From Acanthaster planci (Eukaryota): 64,000 bases of DNA. Position numbers and translations under genes: made by a program. The notes under the pieces were generated by a model. It saw nothing but the letters and a program-made list of their open reading frames with translations, had not been told where the DNA came from and made no database searches. Shown piece by piece: positions 51,365 through 63,300 of the stretch (positions are counted from its first letter, which is position 1; every line of letters starts with the position of its first letter). The stretch covers positions 2,840,204-2,904,203 of the forward strand of contig NW_019091362.1 of assembly GCF_001949145.1 (NCBI RefSeq). Reading direction: 5' to 3'.

Positions 51365-51446
51365 CATATCTTGCCTTGTGTGCTCTCAATACCGGCAAGT
51401 AGGAATACGCTCTCCCGGATGATATCGAAATTGGCTGTTCTGCCAT
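51365..51446 (-). CDS. Putative alternative first coding exon: MAEQPISISSGRAYSYLPVLRAHKARY plus 1 nt (phase 1)
   Basis: Start context AAAATGG with an in-frame TAG three codons upstream. 82 nt (27 codons + 1), donor ATG|GTAAGT at 51364-51359. An upstream acceptor (TTTCTGTTTGTCACTCAG, ending 51599) suggests the exon begins at 51598 with 5' UTR. Confidence 0.5.
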
Positions 51447-54400
51447 TTTATACTAAAATCTTCTTACATGTTCTGCCCGATGAAGGTTTAGCCCACTCAA
51501 GACTTGTTTCCATCACAGCCCAATGCTCAAAATTGCTTTTACGTGAGAATATTTTCCATCAAACCTTGCCTGCTTCATCTGGTTCTCAGGACGCACGCCT
51601 GAGTGACAAACAGAAACTCACACAGACTTTTTCCAGAAAAAGAACAGAAGAATCAATACAATCTCGTTACACTGCTTCAGTAAGCAAATAAGCCACCTTG
51701 AACTTTTTGCAATATGATTTGATCCACGCTAGGGTGAATCAAATTACTGACCCGACCAGACGATGCAAGCTGGAAGTTGGCTCAACTGTTTTAGAGTTGA
51801 GGGCCAATTTTGCCCATACTGTTAACATCCCTTCAGCCACTCAGATATATCCAGTTTCACGAGTACATCAAACGGAGCGATATACAAAAATAAGAGATTT
51901 CTGGACGTCCACACGACTCCTTTCCTGGAACCAGTTTGCATTTATTTTGACATCAGCATGTCAGTTTTGGTTTCACAAACACTTCACTTTTCATATCATA
52001 CTGGTACATATAGCTAAAATTCAATTTCCTTCAACTGTTTAATTTTCCTTCCTTTTTTTGGGGGGGGTGTTAGAGAGGTAGGAGCACTGATGTGTTCTTA
52101 ATCCGCCTAGCTTAGAGAGAGCTGCTTGGCATATCGAGTAACTCACTGTCACAGGGCCAAGCGATCAACGGCCCAAATATGAACTAAGCTGTTTACAATG
52201 TGTGACATACTTTTCAGTGCTTCACTGGCCAACTGACAGAACAAAATTTCATCAAACTGAATTTTAAAAATCTAAAATATATTGTGACAACAACATGTAT
52301 CACATGGCTCAATATTTTTGATGCTCATGTATCTGTTTCATGTGCCATTTAGGGGCCTTTTTTCCCACAAACAAAATGCAGATATTTAAATTTTGATTTG
52401 AGGATTACCCTCTGAAATTTCCTCCCATTGCTAAACCTGATTGCTAAACTCATTTCGAGGAAATCTAAAGTCAAGCCCAATCAACCCAAAGGCTTTCATA
52501 ATTTCAAACAGTTACTTCTTATTCACGGGCACGTACAGGTAAAACCTTGTATTTATTTTTTGGGATCAAATGACAAAAGGTTCAGACCATCATATTTTGT
52601 GTGAAGTTAGAGCAGGTGACACATTATTATGAAACAAACATCCTACAACGACTTGGCAATGAATAATGGAATGGATTATGGGCAGTTGGCATCCGTGAAT
52701 TACATACATATTTTCAGGATCGGGCTGTTGTGAAAATTGGGCTGTAATCTCCATGGAAATTGAATTTCCCAATCTTGGGACTGCGATCAATGCAAATGTA
52801 CAGAAAATGCAGGATTTTTTTTCACCAGCATTTTAAAATCCTCGGCTTGACAATAAACAAGTTGATTACTCGGTGCATCAAAAATTATTACTTTGAATAA
52901 GGGAGAAGAATCTGTGAATAAAAACTGAATGATGGCCCCAAAACAGAAGAAAATTAAGGCACGCATACACGTACACGTGTATACGTAAGTATGCATGTAC
53001 ATTACATGTATTTCAAAATCCCAAGTTTACACGGATAGTCAACTTTATAACTGATTAGGCAATATTTTAAGACAGTTCCTTTCTGGAGTGGACTAAACCA
53101 GTGGTATTTAAGGAAAAAACTAAATTCCACCTCTGTAAATGAGAGTAAAACCAGTCGATATTTTTAAACACTTTATTCTTGATGACAATGTACCAGTGTA
53201 TTGGTACACACACATGTACCTACATGCACATGACGGTTGTCCGTTTACCAATCACAGGGAGCACCTTAAGATTAATGGTCTTTGTATTCTGGTTGAAGTG
53301 TACAGCCTTGCCCAATGTCCTTTCAATGGGCTTGGCCCGCCTTGAACAATGACCTCAATACAAGAAAAAATAAGCCGCATTTCTTCCCTCTTTATTATCC
53401 CAATCCCCTCTTTTTTTTCCCCCTTTGAGGTACACTGAGGCACCAGGGCAGGTGCTGGCAGCGTAAATTTATTCCACGAAACACAATTTGTGAATGGATC
53501 TTAATGCAGCACCACTCAGCACACACACACATCGATAGCGACAAGGGCGCTGGCCGCAATGCCTGTATCACAAGTGATGGAGGGTAACAGAGCCTGAAAT
53601 TCAAGTTTTCTAGAAGGCGCCAATAATCACAAATACATGTACCTGTCATCACAAACTTAACAAATGCGGAGCGACCTCAGGGAGATCCGTTTGTCTGCTT
53701 ATCTACATGAATTTTGTAAGCTTCATCACTTGAGATGTGAATTTTTAGTTATGGGTTATTAATATATTTCATAGCGAAATGTGGCATCAAATTCTGGTAC
53801 AGCACGTAAATATTCAATTAAACACAATTTGTAGAGTTCAATGTTGTTTTGCGTGTTTTACTTCATTTTGTATTTTACTCTCAGTCAAGGCACGGATTGC
53901 AGCAGCAGACACAGGTTTTGAGTTGCGCAATCTAGTTATAAATACTAAGCTTTGACATTTCAGTAATGAGCATAATTATTTTCAAAGTTTGAATACAATT
54001 TCTCTGACTAAAATACATGTGTACATCAATAACCTTACTGTGGGGGGGACAAAGATTAAATGAATGACTTGCATGTGAAAAATGAGTGGGAGCAAAGATG
54101 GATGACAAGATGATGAACACAGGGGTGTGACGATGAATGAAAATTTAGAGAACATGAAGTAATGGGTGGAAGCAAATGCAGCTGACCGAACATCATGGAT
54201 GGGGGGGGTGGTGGTGTGAGACAAGCACCATCGCTGGCCATGGAAGAGAAAACAGTTCACTGATTTGATTGGCATTATTAAATCAGCGGCATTTTGTCGA
54301 ATGAACTCAGGCGCATTGCATTCAACCCGATAATGGCTTCAGTTTGGCCCCGTCCGAGGCTTTCATGGCACGCCGATCAAGCGCGGCCTCAGTCAGGACC

Positions 54401-55584
54401 CGGCCGGCTTGGGACAAACATTGATGTCACAGCCCGATAATATTATTATTGCCTGCACCCTCCGCTGTGAGCGTGGATGCGGGGGAAATAAGAAGAAAGA
54501 AGAAAAGAATGGAGATAGAGGACATCAAGATGTGCTCCTGACAAGAGCAAAATTTACGTGTGAGTTTCTGGAGCAAACAGGCAGAACTTATGTTATTACA
54601 ACACAGGCCGATTGTAATTTGTCCAAGCAGGGTTAGTTCTCAGGGCATTTATCTCTCTATTTCTGCCTTTGCTTGAGTGAGCCAGTGTCTGCGGAGCAAC
54701 CCAACTGACACAAATTTTTTTCTGAAAATGAAACCTGGCAAGGCACAAGTAGAAACATTACCCCCCCCCAAAAAAAACCCCAGCTTTGCATGGAAGACAT
54801 CTTTAACCCAACAGAACAAGTCACAAGACTTCAGAGCCAGTTTTGAAACACTTTCAAGGGACACCTTCCACCTTTTTCCCTTACATGATGTTGATTCCCA
54901 TCAGGCCAAACTGCCACTGAAACTGGTCTTTGAGACTGATGTGAGATCCAGTCACACTGTACCATATCATTTAACATGGAAAGCTTCATACTGTACATGT
55001 ACACAGTACCTCTCACAGTCACCAAATTCCAAATTCGGAAGATAAAATCTTCACTCTTTTTATGACTATTTTTGAATGTTTACCGAGTAAATTTTCTGGT
55101 GAATCACATGGTAGACATGTCTACAGTAATACATACAATTTGATACCAAGACCCGATAGGCGACAATGTCAATGCAAGAACAAATACATGTACATTCTTC
55201 TGCACATGTTTATTCAAACTCTTAAATTGAATGCACTGGTTACGATATTTTATAACACCAAAACCAGAGGGTGAGATTGTTTCATGGATATTTCACTTTC
55301 ATCCAATCCCCTGAGGGTTTGACGGTCCCACAGCAGTGTAGGATCTATGGTATATGTTTATATTTGCCTTCATGGCACTCCTTAAAATACAGATTTCTCT
55401 TGTTTTCTCTGTAAATTTTTACATGTAAAGACACTTCAAAGGTAAACTCAGGATTTTCAGAGGAAATTATTTGAAAAATCCTGAAATCAAGTAAATTCTG
55501 AAGAAAAAATTCTAAAAATCAGGAAAAACTTGACCACAATAACAATAAGTAAACAGAAAATCAAGACATAATTTTCTTTCTCAC

Positions 55585-55646
55585 CTGCGGTAAATGCTGA
55601 GGTTCCAATTTTTAAAATCCAACACAAAGACTTGTTTTTGAAATCA
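55585..55646 (-). other. Candidate 62-nt exon (UTR exon or stop-introducing poison exon)
   Basis: Acceptor poly-T + GTCAG (ending 55647) and donor CAG|GTGAGA. Contains TAA in the frame inherited from the 57135 donor. Confidence 0.25.
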
Positions 55647-57134
55647 CTGACAAAAAAAAAGAGTTGCATTTTCCTTGTTTTCAAACTGATTTTTTAAAGA
55701 AGGGCCAATGACACGATAATTCATGTTCTTGTTAAAGTCTATATTCCAGCTCTTCCTGTGTTCCTGGTTCACACATGTACATACCCCCCCACCAAAAAAA
55801 AAATCTTAACACGACTATTTGTCCAAGTTCAAGTGTGGGTGTACTGGGCATACATGTGAGCATGTTCACCAAATAAAAGGGTCAAAACCCTGAGGAAATA
55901 GTGCACTGCCGAATGCCTCACATGGAAGTTAACATTATCCAAGCAGCGCACACAACAGGCCCAACATGTTTACATGTAACACGATAAACCCGGGTTTTTA
56001 TAAACCCCCTTCTTTGTCCCAACCCGTCCACTTTTTCCCTTTTTTTTTTTCCACCCTTTTCAATTTAACAAAAAAAAAGGAGAGTCCCTCACAAACAGCG
56101 GTCACAATGGCATTCTAGTTCTGTCCAACAACATCAGGGAGAGCTAACAAAAAGGCCAATTTTCATTCAAGGCCTGTCGCGCGGAAGTAATCCGCAAGCT
56201 CAGCCCCCATGCACGTTCACAGTGGCGGAAGACTGTAAGGGGACAAAACAGCACTATGCGAACAACACTTAAGCTATTTACCCGTACGGAGGAACCGCTT
56301 ATATAAATATATCTTATAATGCTTTTTTTCCCCCTTTTTTTCATCTTTCTCCTAATAAAGAAGAAATGCAAGAGAGGCATGAGTTGTGATTTACATAAGT
56401 GGAACACTGTGTACAGTGCCGCATAATATTCAACAGAGGGTGTACTCAAGGTCGGAGAATGAAAACATAATAATGGTCGTATGAGGTCATCCACATTTGA
56501 TTAGTGGGGGCGGAGACGGGGGGGGGGGAGATTTTTTTTTTAATACATTAGAAGGAGTCCAGGCTGAGGGATGATGGATATTTCTATCTCCCCTACCTGA
56601 ATCCTCCTTGCTCAGTAGACCCGAGGGGGGATTGTTGTCATAAAGTGTATATTAAGGGATGGTACACGTAGTGTCCTTCATGTTTGATGGAGGGTCCATG
56701 GGATGTGGGGAAAGAAATTAATTACTGGACAGCCAGCGGGGGATTTATTGACTGTTGATGAATTGGTGGCTGAATAGAGAATTGGTGAAGGGCAAATCAT
56801 GTACAGCGCAAGCACCAAGGCGGAATCCTCTTGGTTATCTGCTGTCAGTTTTCACACAATCTTAAATTAGTCCCGCTTATGTGTGCCCTCTGAAAGCACT
56901 TCATCTTAAGTACCATCCAAGTGTCATGTGCATGCTCGTCTCCAGACATGTCATGAGGACCAATCAATCAAGCAAATGAGATGGAATTTATGATTAAACA
57001 GGCAAGCCTAAAATACATGTACATGTACATGTACCGCTGTACATGTGACTGTTTCCCCAGAATTTCTCTACTGCAAATCAGGCACACATTACGGTAGTAC
57101 CAGCAAGGAGCATGTGTCTTTGACAGCAACTTAC

Positions 57135-57321
57135 CACTCAGATCTGAGGTGTCCATGTCCTGACCATACTCGTCGCTGCTGGAGCTGGCCCCACTCGCGG
57201 GCCCGCCAGTGCGCACAAACGCTGGCATGGAATACTCCATGGAGACTGGGATGGCCTTCCCGTTGGAGTGAACAATTGCCAGGCCTTTAATGTGTTGGGT
57301 CAGGGCTGTGGAGGCCAACAT
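57135..57321 (-). CDS. Putative first coding exon of a large minus-strand gene: MLASTALTQHIKGLAIVHSNGKAIPVSMEYSMPAFVRTGGPASGASSSSDEYGQDMDTSDLS plus 1 nt (phase 1)
   Basis: GC/CpG-rich, coding-like open frame from ATG 57321. It spans 187 nt (62 codons + 1) and ends at the consensus donor GTG|GTAAGT (57134-57129). Beyond the donor the ORF runs into low-complexity TACATG repeats. Joins the 51-nt exon in frame. Confidence 0.7.
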
Positions 57322-58399
57322 ACCGGTAATGTTTAGCTCAGGCTCCCTGATCAGGTGAGTTGCATCGGTCCTCGCAGAAATGCCACCAAAGTGAGAGTAA
57401 TCGAGTTGGTCCAGACCCTTCTGAATACGAACGTCCTTCCGGTCGTCAGAGCTCTTGTAAATTTTCAAAATTGTCTCTTCTAGGGTGCTTCTCTTTCGAA
57501 ATTCAAGTTTTAATCATCAATCGGAGAGGAACGCACATGCTTGAAGCACAAGATTACAACTGGTGCCTTTCTGTTTTTTAACTAAAATGGTCTTTCTTGT
57601 TCACATCGGAATAAATGTAGCAATAAATCTACCTCAGTGATTCTAATACATGGGCCTGTAGTTGCATTTGAAGAGGCTCTTGTTTGCTATATTCCACAGT
57701 TTCTAATCATTTGCCTGGTTTGCTGGTGACTGCTAATGCATAGCACTCCACAGCAGGACTCCCAGTCGATGACGCAAGCTCCACGCCGAGACCTGCTGTC
57801 ATATTTCTTTTCTTTCGTTTTTTTTCCCACTTAGCGTTGAGCTTCTTTTCTGTCGTCTCCTAACCTATCTCTCAAGCACCCGTCAAACAAAAATGAACAA
57901 AGAGACAGAGGAAGGAAAAAAACTCCAAAATGGCCACAGTATGCAGTCGGTCCACAAGGGCCTGTCCTGAACAATGCCCAGGTGCTCTGTAATGCGTCTT
58001 TGGCTCGGGGGCAATCGAGGTAATCGTTCAAGAAGAGGCCTCCTCCAGAGATAATTAGCTGGTGCTCCAGGGGGAAGGTATCTGGTTCAGGCAGCAAACA
58101 TGGCCTCAGTCACGAAATCTGTGGCGTTGGGTACAATTTCTTGCCTGCTCTTCCTACTTCCAAGTCAGACACAGTGGTATTCAGTACAACTGTACACATC
58201 AAAAGCAAGCAAATGCTTCTTTTTTTCAAAATAAAATGATCAGCTTCTTCACCGACCACAAGAAACTGTGCATTGCTTCTTTAAATTCTGCTGAGAGTGA
58301 TATAGCATGGGCAGCATGAAGTATCCAATTTCTTGGATGACTCTGAATGTATCATTGGGTAGCTGAATCACCCGAATAAAGTCCAGTCTCGTCGGTGCA

Positions 58400-59660
58400 G
58401 GTTTTCTGGAGATTTAATCGTGAGAATGCTGTGACCTGCATGCAATCTTTCTTTTTACGGATGAGAGGAAGGTGACTTGCTCTCAACTATACAAGCTTCA
58501 CGGAGGCACTTGTCTGAAGTTGTGACGGCAAATGAATGTGGCTATGCACAAATGCAGACTACATTTCGAGAGTGGGATGGGAGCACGAGGAGAAAAAAGT
58601 GACTTGAAATGCAAAACAAGTTCAGTACTGCTGGCGGTCAGAGAGAGCAGCAAGAAAAACGGGTGAGCCGGCTCAACCGACAAGCTGGCTTCCCCAGTGG
58701 CAAATGATGTGGCGAATGGAGAATGGAATGGATGTGGTGACCTGCCTCGGCCCGCTGTCAAGTTTGTGCAATTTTAACAGACTTACCAACTGCCTGGCTC
58801 CTGAGAACCTCAGACCCCTGCTAAGGTGTGTCAGTAGGTCAAGGCCAAGGTCAAATTATGACTCCTCTGGAAGGGAGAGATGTCATGTTTGGTTGGAGCA
58901 AACACACAGTGTGATGGCTGATTGGTGGTTGAGGGGGATGGGGGTGACGCCAGCCCCTTTTACACCGTCCAATCCTGGAGCAGGGAAAAACCTGGGTACA
59001 CCGAGGGGGCTTCACAGAGTCTGAACAACTGCTGGCTGGTTGCACGGCACACCATGCACAGTGAGTGCTGCCTGCTGGCAAGATGCTGGGGGAAAGCACC
59101 GAAGACGGAGCTAGGGTCACTGAGATTTTGAAGTGGACTTGGGCAACACTAGCCTGGCCGCCCACCACAACACCACAGGAATTACAGGTGTACCTCAAGA
59201 CGATGATGTCACACAGGCAGGGCTCCAGGGGGGAGGGGGCCTTTTCACCTCCCTCCTAAAGTGGATAAAAACCTTTCCTGTCCTTGGATGATCAGAGCTC
59301 CTAACCACCAATCACCACAGGGGTTTTTTGCTTCCCAACACTGCAGGGTCCAGTCCAGTTCACTAGTACTAGTAGTGCAGCTCCTCTGCTGGCTCACCAC
59401 ACAGCACACCAATATTATCCCCCAATGCACTGGTACTATTATGTCAAAAATAAAGTCCCTCAGCTTATACATGCTCAACACAGTGACACACACCACATAC
59501 ACAGAATTAATACCACACGCAGCTTCGGGATCCTGACTCCGGGGGTCGCGATCAGGTCAGCTGCAACCGGCTGCAACCAATCGTGGCCAGGGGCCAGAAG
59601 GACTCATTTGCATATAAATGTATATAGTGGTTAGGCTGAGGGGGCTGACTCAGAACCTGA
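58400..59660 (-). promoter_or_regulatory. Putative distal promoter region with a non-coding 5' exon donor
   Basis: GC/CpG-elevated region upstream of the first coding exon. Donor TTG|GTAAGT at 58786-58781 has no in-frame ATG. Motifs: AGGTCA-AGGCCA-AGGTCA 58836-58853, CCAAT 59577-59581, octamer ATTTGCAT 59606-59613, TGACTCA 59646-59652. Confidence 0.35.
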
Positions 59661-60327
59661 CATGTTGGAATATGAAGTTCAGTGATATAGCCTCCTTTTA
59701 TTCCCCTCCTCCCAAACTTTTTTCTTTTGAAGAAAACGCAGAGAGGAAATAGTTTCCAAATTTGCCCCTGGGTCATGGCTATCAAAGGGTACAAAATATT
59801 GTCCCAACAGTTAAATTGACCCAACTCTGTGAGACAGTGAGGCACAATGAATACTGAATGCTACGTGAAAGATCTTTCCGCTGAGTGATTTCTACTTATT
59901 TGCAATATGGTTTTTACTTGTCGGTTACACTCATTCAAAGTGACAATTTTTCACCTCGAACAAAGAGAGCTATTTTGCCAGAGCGTACCCCCAACTGTGC
60001 ACAAATTATCCTCGAGTATATTTCTATTTTGTAATATACAGCAAAGATGTACAAACAAATTTACCGATGTACAAGCCGTGATCTCCAATGACATACAGGT
60101 CTGAAAAAATGATGTACCATGGTTTTCATCTCTTATCTATATTCAGTGAGTTAGACACTACATTTTCACAAACACTGTCATTTCTTTTCATGGAGATCTA
60201 AATCTCCAACTTTTTCCTAATCTTTAATACTATGGACTCATTTGAAAAGGTAAGAACCAAGAATATGCTAAATCTAGCACTCTGCAGCAACCAATTAAGT
60301 CTCTGTAAATAATTCAATAGCTCTAGA

Positions 60328-60344
60328 CAACAACAACAACAACA
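60328..60344 (+). repeat. (CAA)n microsatellite
   Basis: About 6 tandem CAA units. Confidence 0.8.
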
Positions 60345-63300
60345 AAACGGTTGGGATTTTTTATGATTCCGGAGGTACACGTATATAACAAGGAGATGAA
60401 GAACAAGACACTACATGATTTTAATCCATGAACAAAATAGAACCCATCGCATTCCTTTCAAACACACTGATGATCTTCACGCAATGTGGCGAAATCTTGT
60501 GACGGGTATAAAAACTTGCAAAAAAATCCCTTTGGGATATTCTATTCTTGCATTATTAGTTTAAGCTCGAAAACGGGGAAAAAAAATTTACCCTACACGG
60601 TGTGCTCCCTTAAAATTTGGGAAATTTTTGGATGCAAAAATACAGCTGCTTATGAAAAAAGTGGTGTATTCAACAAAGTCCTGGCAATTTTACTCAAACG
60701 CTAAAAAGTTTGGACCGATTTTCTTTTAAAATGTGCCCCAAAACTACAAAAAAGTTATTTTTTAACAACCTTGTGGTTAGGTACGTACATGTACATGTAT
60801 GTGGAGGTAAAAACAATTGATTAGAATTTATCAACTTTAAAGAACTTCTTAAATGTTTATGTGGGATTTTCTGAGGCTTTTCAAGAGCACCACATTAGTG
60901 ATTACTCAGCTGAATTCTTGCCAAATTTCCAGATGCCGCCAGTTTTGAATTTTAGACAAATTTTTATGACTTTGAAATTGTTTACAAAGGTTCAACAGCA
61001 GCATATAGGTTACAGAACTTGCATTTATCTAAATGAATTTGAATTTTTTTTTGGTGGTAACACTGTCTGAGGAAAGTCTGGCGAACATTGAAGTGCGTCA
61101 GCGTCACTATGTTAGGATGACAAAGTTAGGTATTTGGATTTACTCGCTACAAACCTTCAAATCCGAAACAGTCCTGATCTGCTGCTCTTGTCAAATTGCC
61201 ATCATTGTGATGATTGTTTGACACATAGGCCCCTACCCGTACATACGTACGTATTTCGTGCTGATCAATCCCACTGGTATGCACTCTGATCAAGGGACAG
61301 TCTGGCACCATCCCATTCAAGTTTATGATGTCATATTTGATTCGGGGAACACAATTTTAAAAAATAGCTTACTCAAGAAAGAGGCCATGTCCGAATTACT
61401 TGATAGTTGGTAGTGGTTGAAGCCAGTTCTCATAGAGTCATGTGTAATTTCAAGCTATAGCCAAGTAATTCGGACGCCATCGAAGATATTATTTGGTATA
61501 TATAGAGACTTCTGCTTCCTCATGCATTGCATTTCTTTCAGCAAGTCTCATCCTGTGAAGTCTTTACATGAACTACGACAAGCACACTTCAACAAGAAAG
61601 AAAACAAAATCTCTATTTCTCAAGTCTTCTTCAAAATATTCTAATTTGTTTGCAGGCATTTAGTGTCAAACAACAAAGCTACAAAAAGAATCAAACAACA
61701 AAGATAAAAAAGAATTTAAAATGGATAAATGTTTTGCTGGCAGATGTTTAGCAAATGTTCCACTTCTACAAAAGAGACTGGTTTCCAGCTACAATACCGC
61801 CTTCATGAAAGTTACATTGCTCGTGACTCGTTTCCCATCTTGGATACTGCTGCAGTCAAATTGACGGCATTCACAAAGCAATGGCATTCTCAGCATTAAT
61901 GCTCTGCACAAACATTCTACATTTATACATACCGAACCATTCCAAGGGTAGGATGTTCATGATTAAATTAGTCATCTTCCCCTAATTATCCAAATGAATT
62001 AACAAATTGTTCACAAATTCAATTACTAAAATGTCATACATACAGTGCATGAAGGTCCTCTATCCCAGCATCATCAGGATCTCCAACATCGATATCATGC
62101 TCTTTGCGACATTTTAGTAAAAATCTAGCAACAGCCCCCGTTGGTCTGAAAGTAGACGGCATCCTGGAAGGTACATGTACCCGTACCTAGTCTGCATTCT
62201 ACATCTACCTGATTAAGTTTGGCTACTTCAAGTGTTTGAACATATGCAGGGTGTACAAATAAACCTGTGTTCATGAGGGCATGCCTACTGTTCATATCTC
62301 AAGGTTATTCCTGTGGAGGTAAAAAAATGCCATTTCAACTGACATGCACATGCATGTGAACTGTTTCCACAAAACCATGACAAAGAAGCAACTATTCATT
62401 TTTGACTCAACAGCCTCAAGGTAAGGTTGTCCCAATCTCAGATTTTCAGATGCCATACCTGTGTGTTTTACAGTACATCTCTCAGAAGTCACATTTTTTG
62501 GCCCCTCCCCTACGAGTAAAACATCAACGTCTCGCACGTACTAGTACATGCGAGAGAAGCTGTGTACTTCTCTTTCTGGTCAATTTTTTTTTTCAAAAAG
62601 AGATTTACTGGGTCTTTCATTATTCACTTGTGTCCAATTCCTGTTTCTCAATTTCATATAACTTAGTCACTAACTGAATCCTGGCACAATTTGAAAGTAA
62701 TGTACTCCGTGTAAACAAATTCTAAATTAGCACCTCTCTTTTTCCCATTAATGTACATTTTGTTCTTCCATTGAAACTGATCTTGTTTCTTCTTTTGTCA
62801 GACACATACTCTGCTGTGGCTATTCCCTCCTGCTCTGAACCTTAAACCATCAGATTTCTAATTTTCACACAGGCCATTGTCTGAAACCAGGTATTACTCT
62901 TCTCTGATAACTACCAAGTGCACATGATGACTTTTTAAAACACAGTTCATGTTAAGGTCCAAGTTATAAATGTTCAGTCATGCCCGTTTGTTGTTGCTTT
63001 CCGCTTCTTAAGTTCTATCACTAAAAAACTCTACCTCAAAAGCAGAAACGCTTCACCAAAGACAGCAACTTTACCAAAAAATGGCAATTGCACTTTGTGA
63101 GTTTGCGGGACCTTTCTTTGTCGCATGCATCTGCAAATTTTACTTGCATCAAACAATTCTCAAGCTGCCGGCGCTGTCGTTCAATATGCATCACCAATAA
63201 AACAGAATGCTTACATCTATCATGGTTGTTATTAAAAAGGACGTTCACTTCAATCCACAACAAACCCCGAATGTGAAAAGAAATTCCAGTTCTACATGTT

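Noticed and set aside
56829..56848. miR-9-like string TCTTGGTTATCTGCTGT
   Set aside because: Needs two deletions including one in the seed, and no hairpin partner is present.
23114..57321. Naming the gene (Abl, PKA-C, plectin/Shot, or a nuclear receptor)
   Set aside because: Only unconserved N-terminal peptides are in the window, and phase-1 alternative first exons occur in many families.
59077..59089. miR-31-like string GGCAAGATGCTGG
   Set aside because: The 3' half diverges and there is no precursor fold.
60400..61700. AT-rich stretch resembling old DNA-transposon interiors (also about 40460-41160)
   Set aside because: No paired TIRs, TSD or transposase remnant could be delimited by eye.
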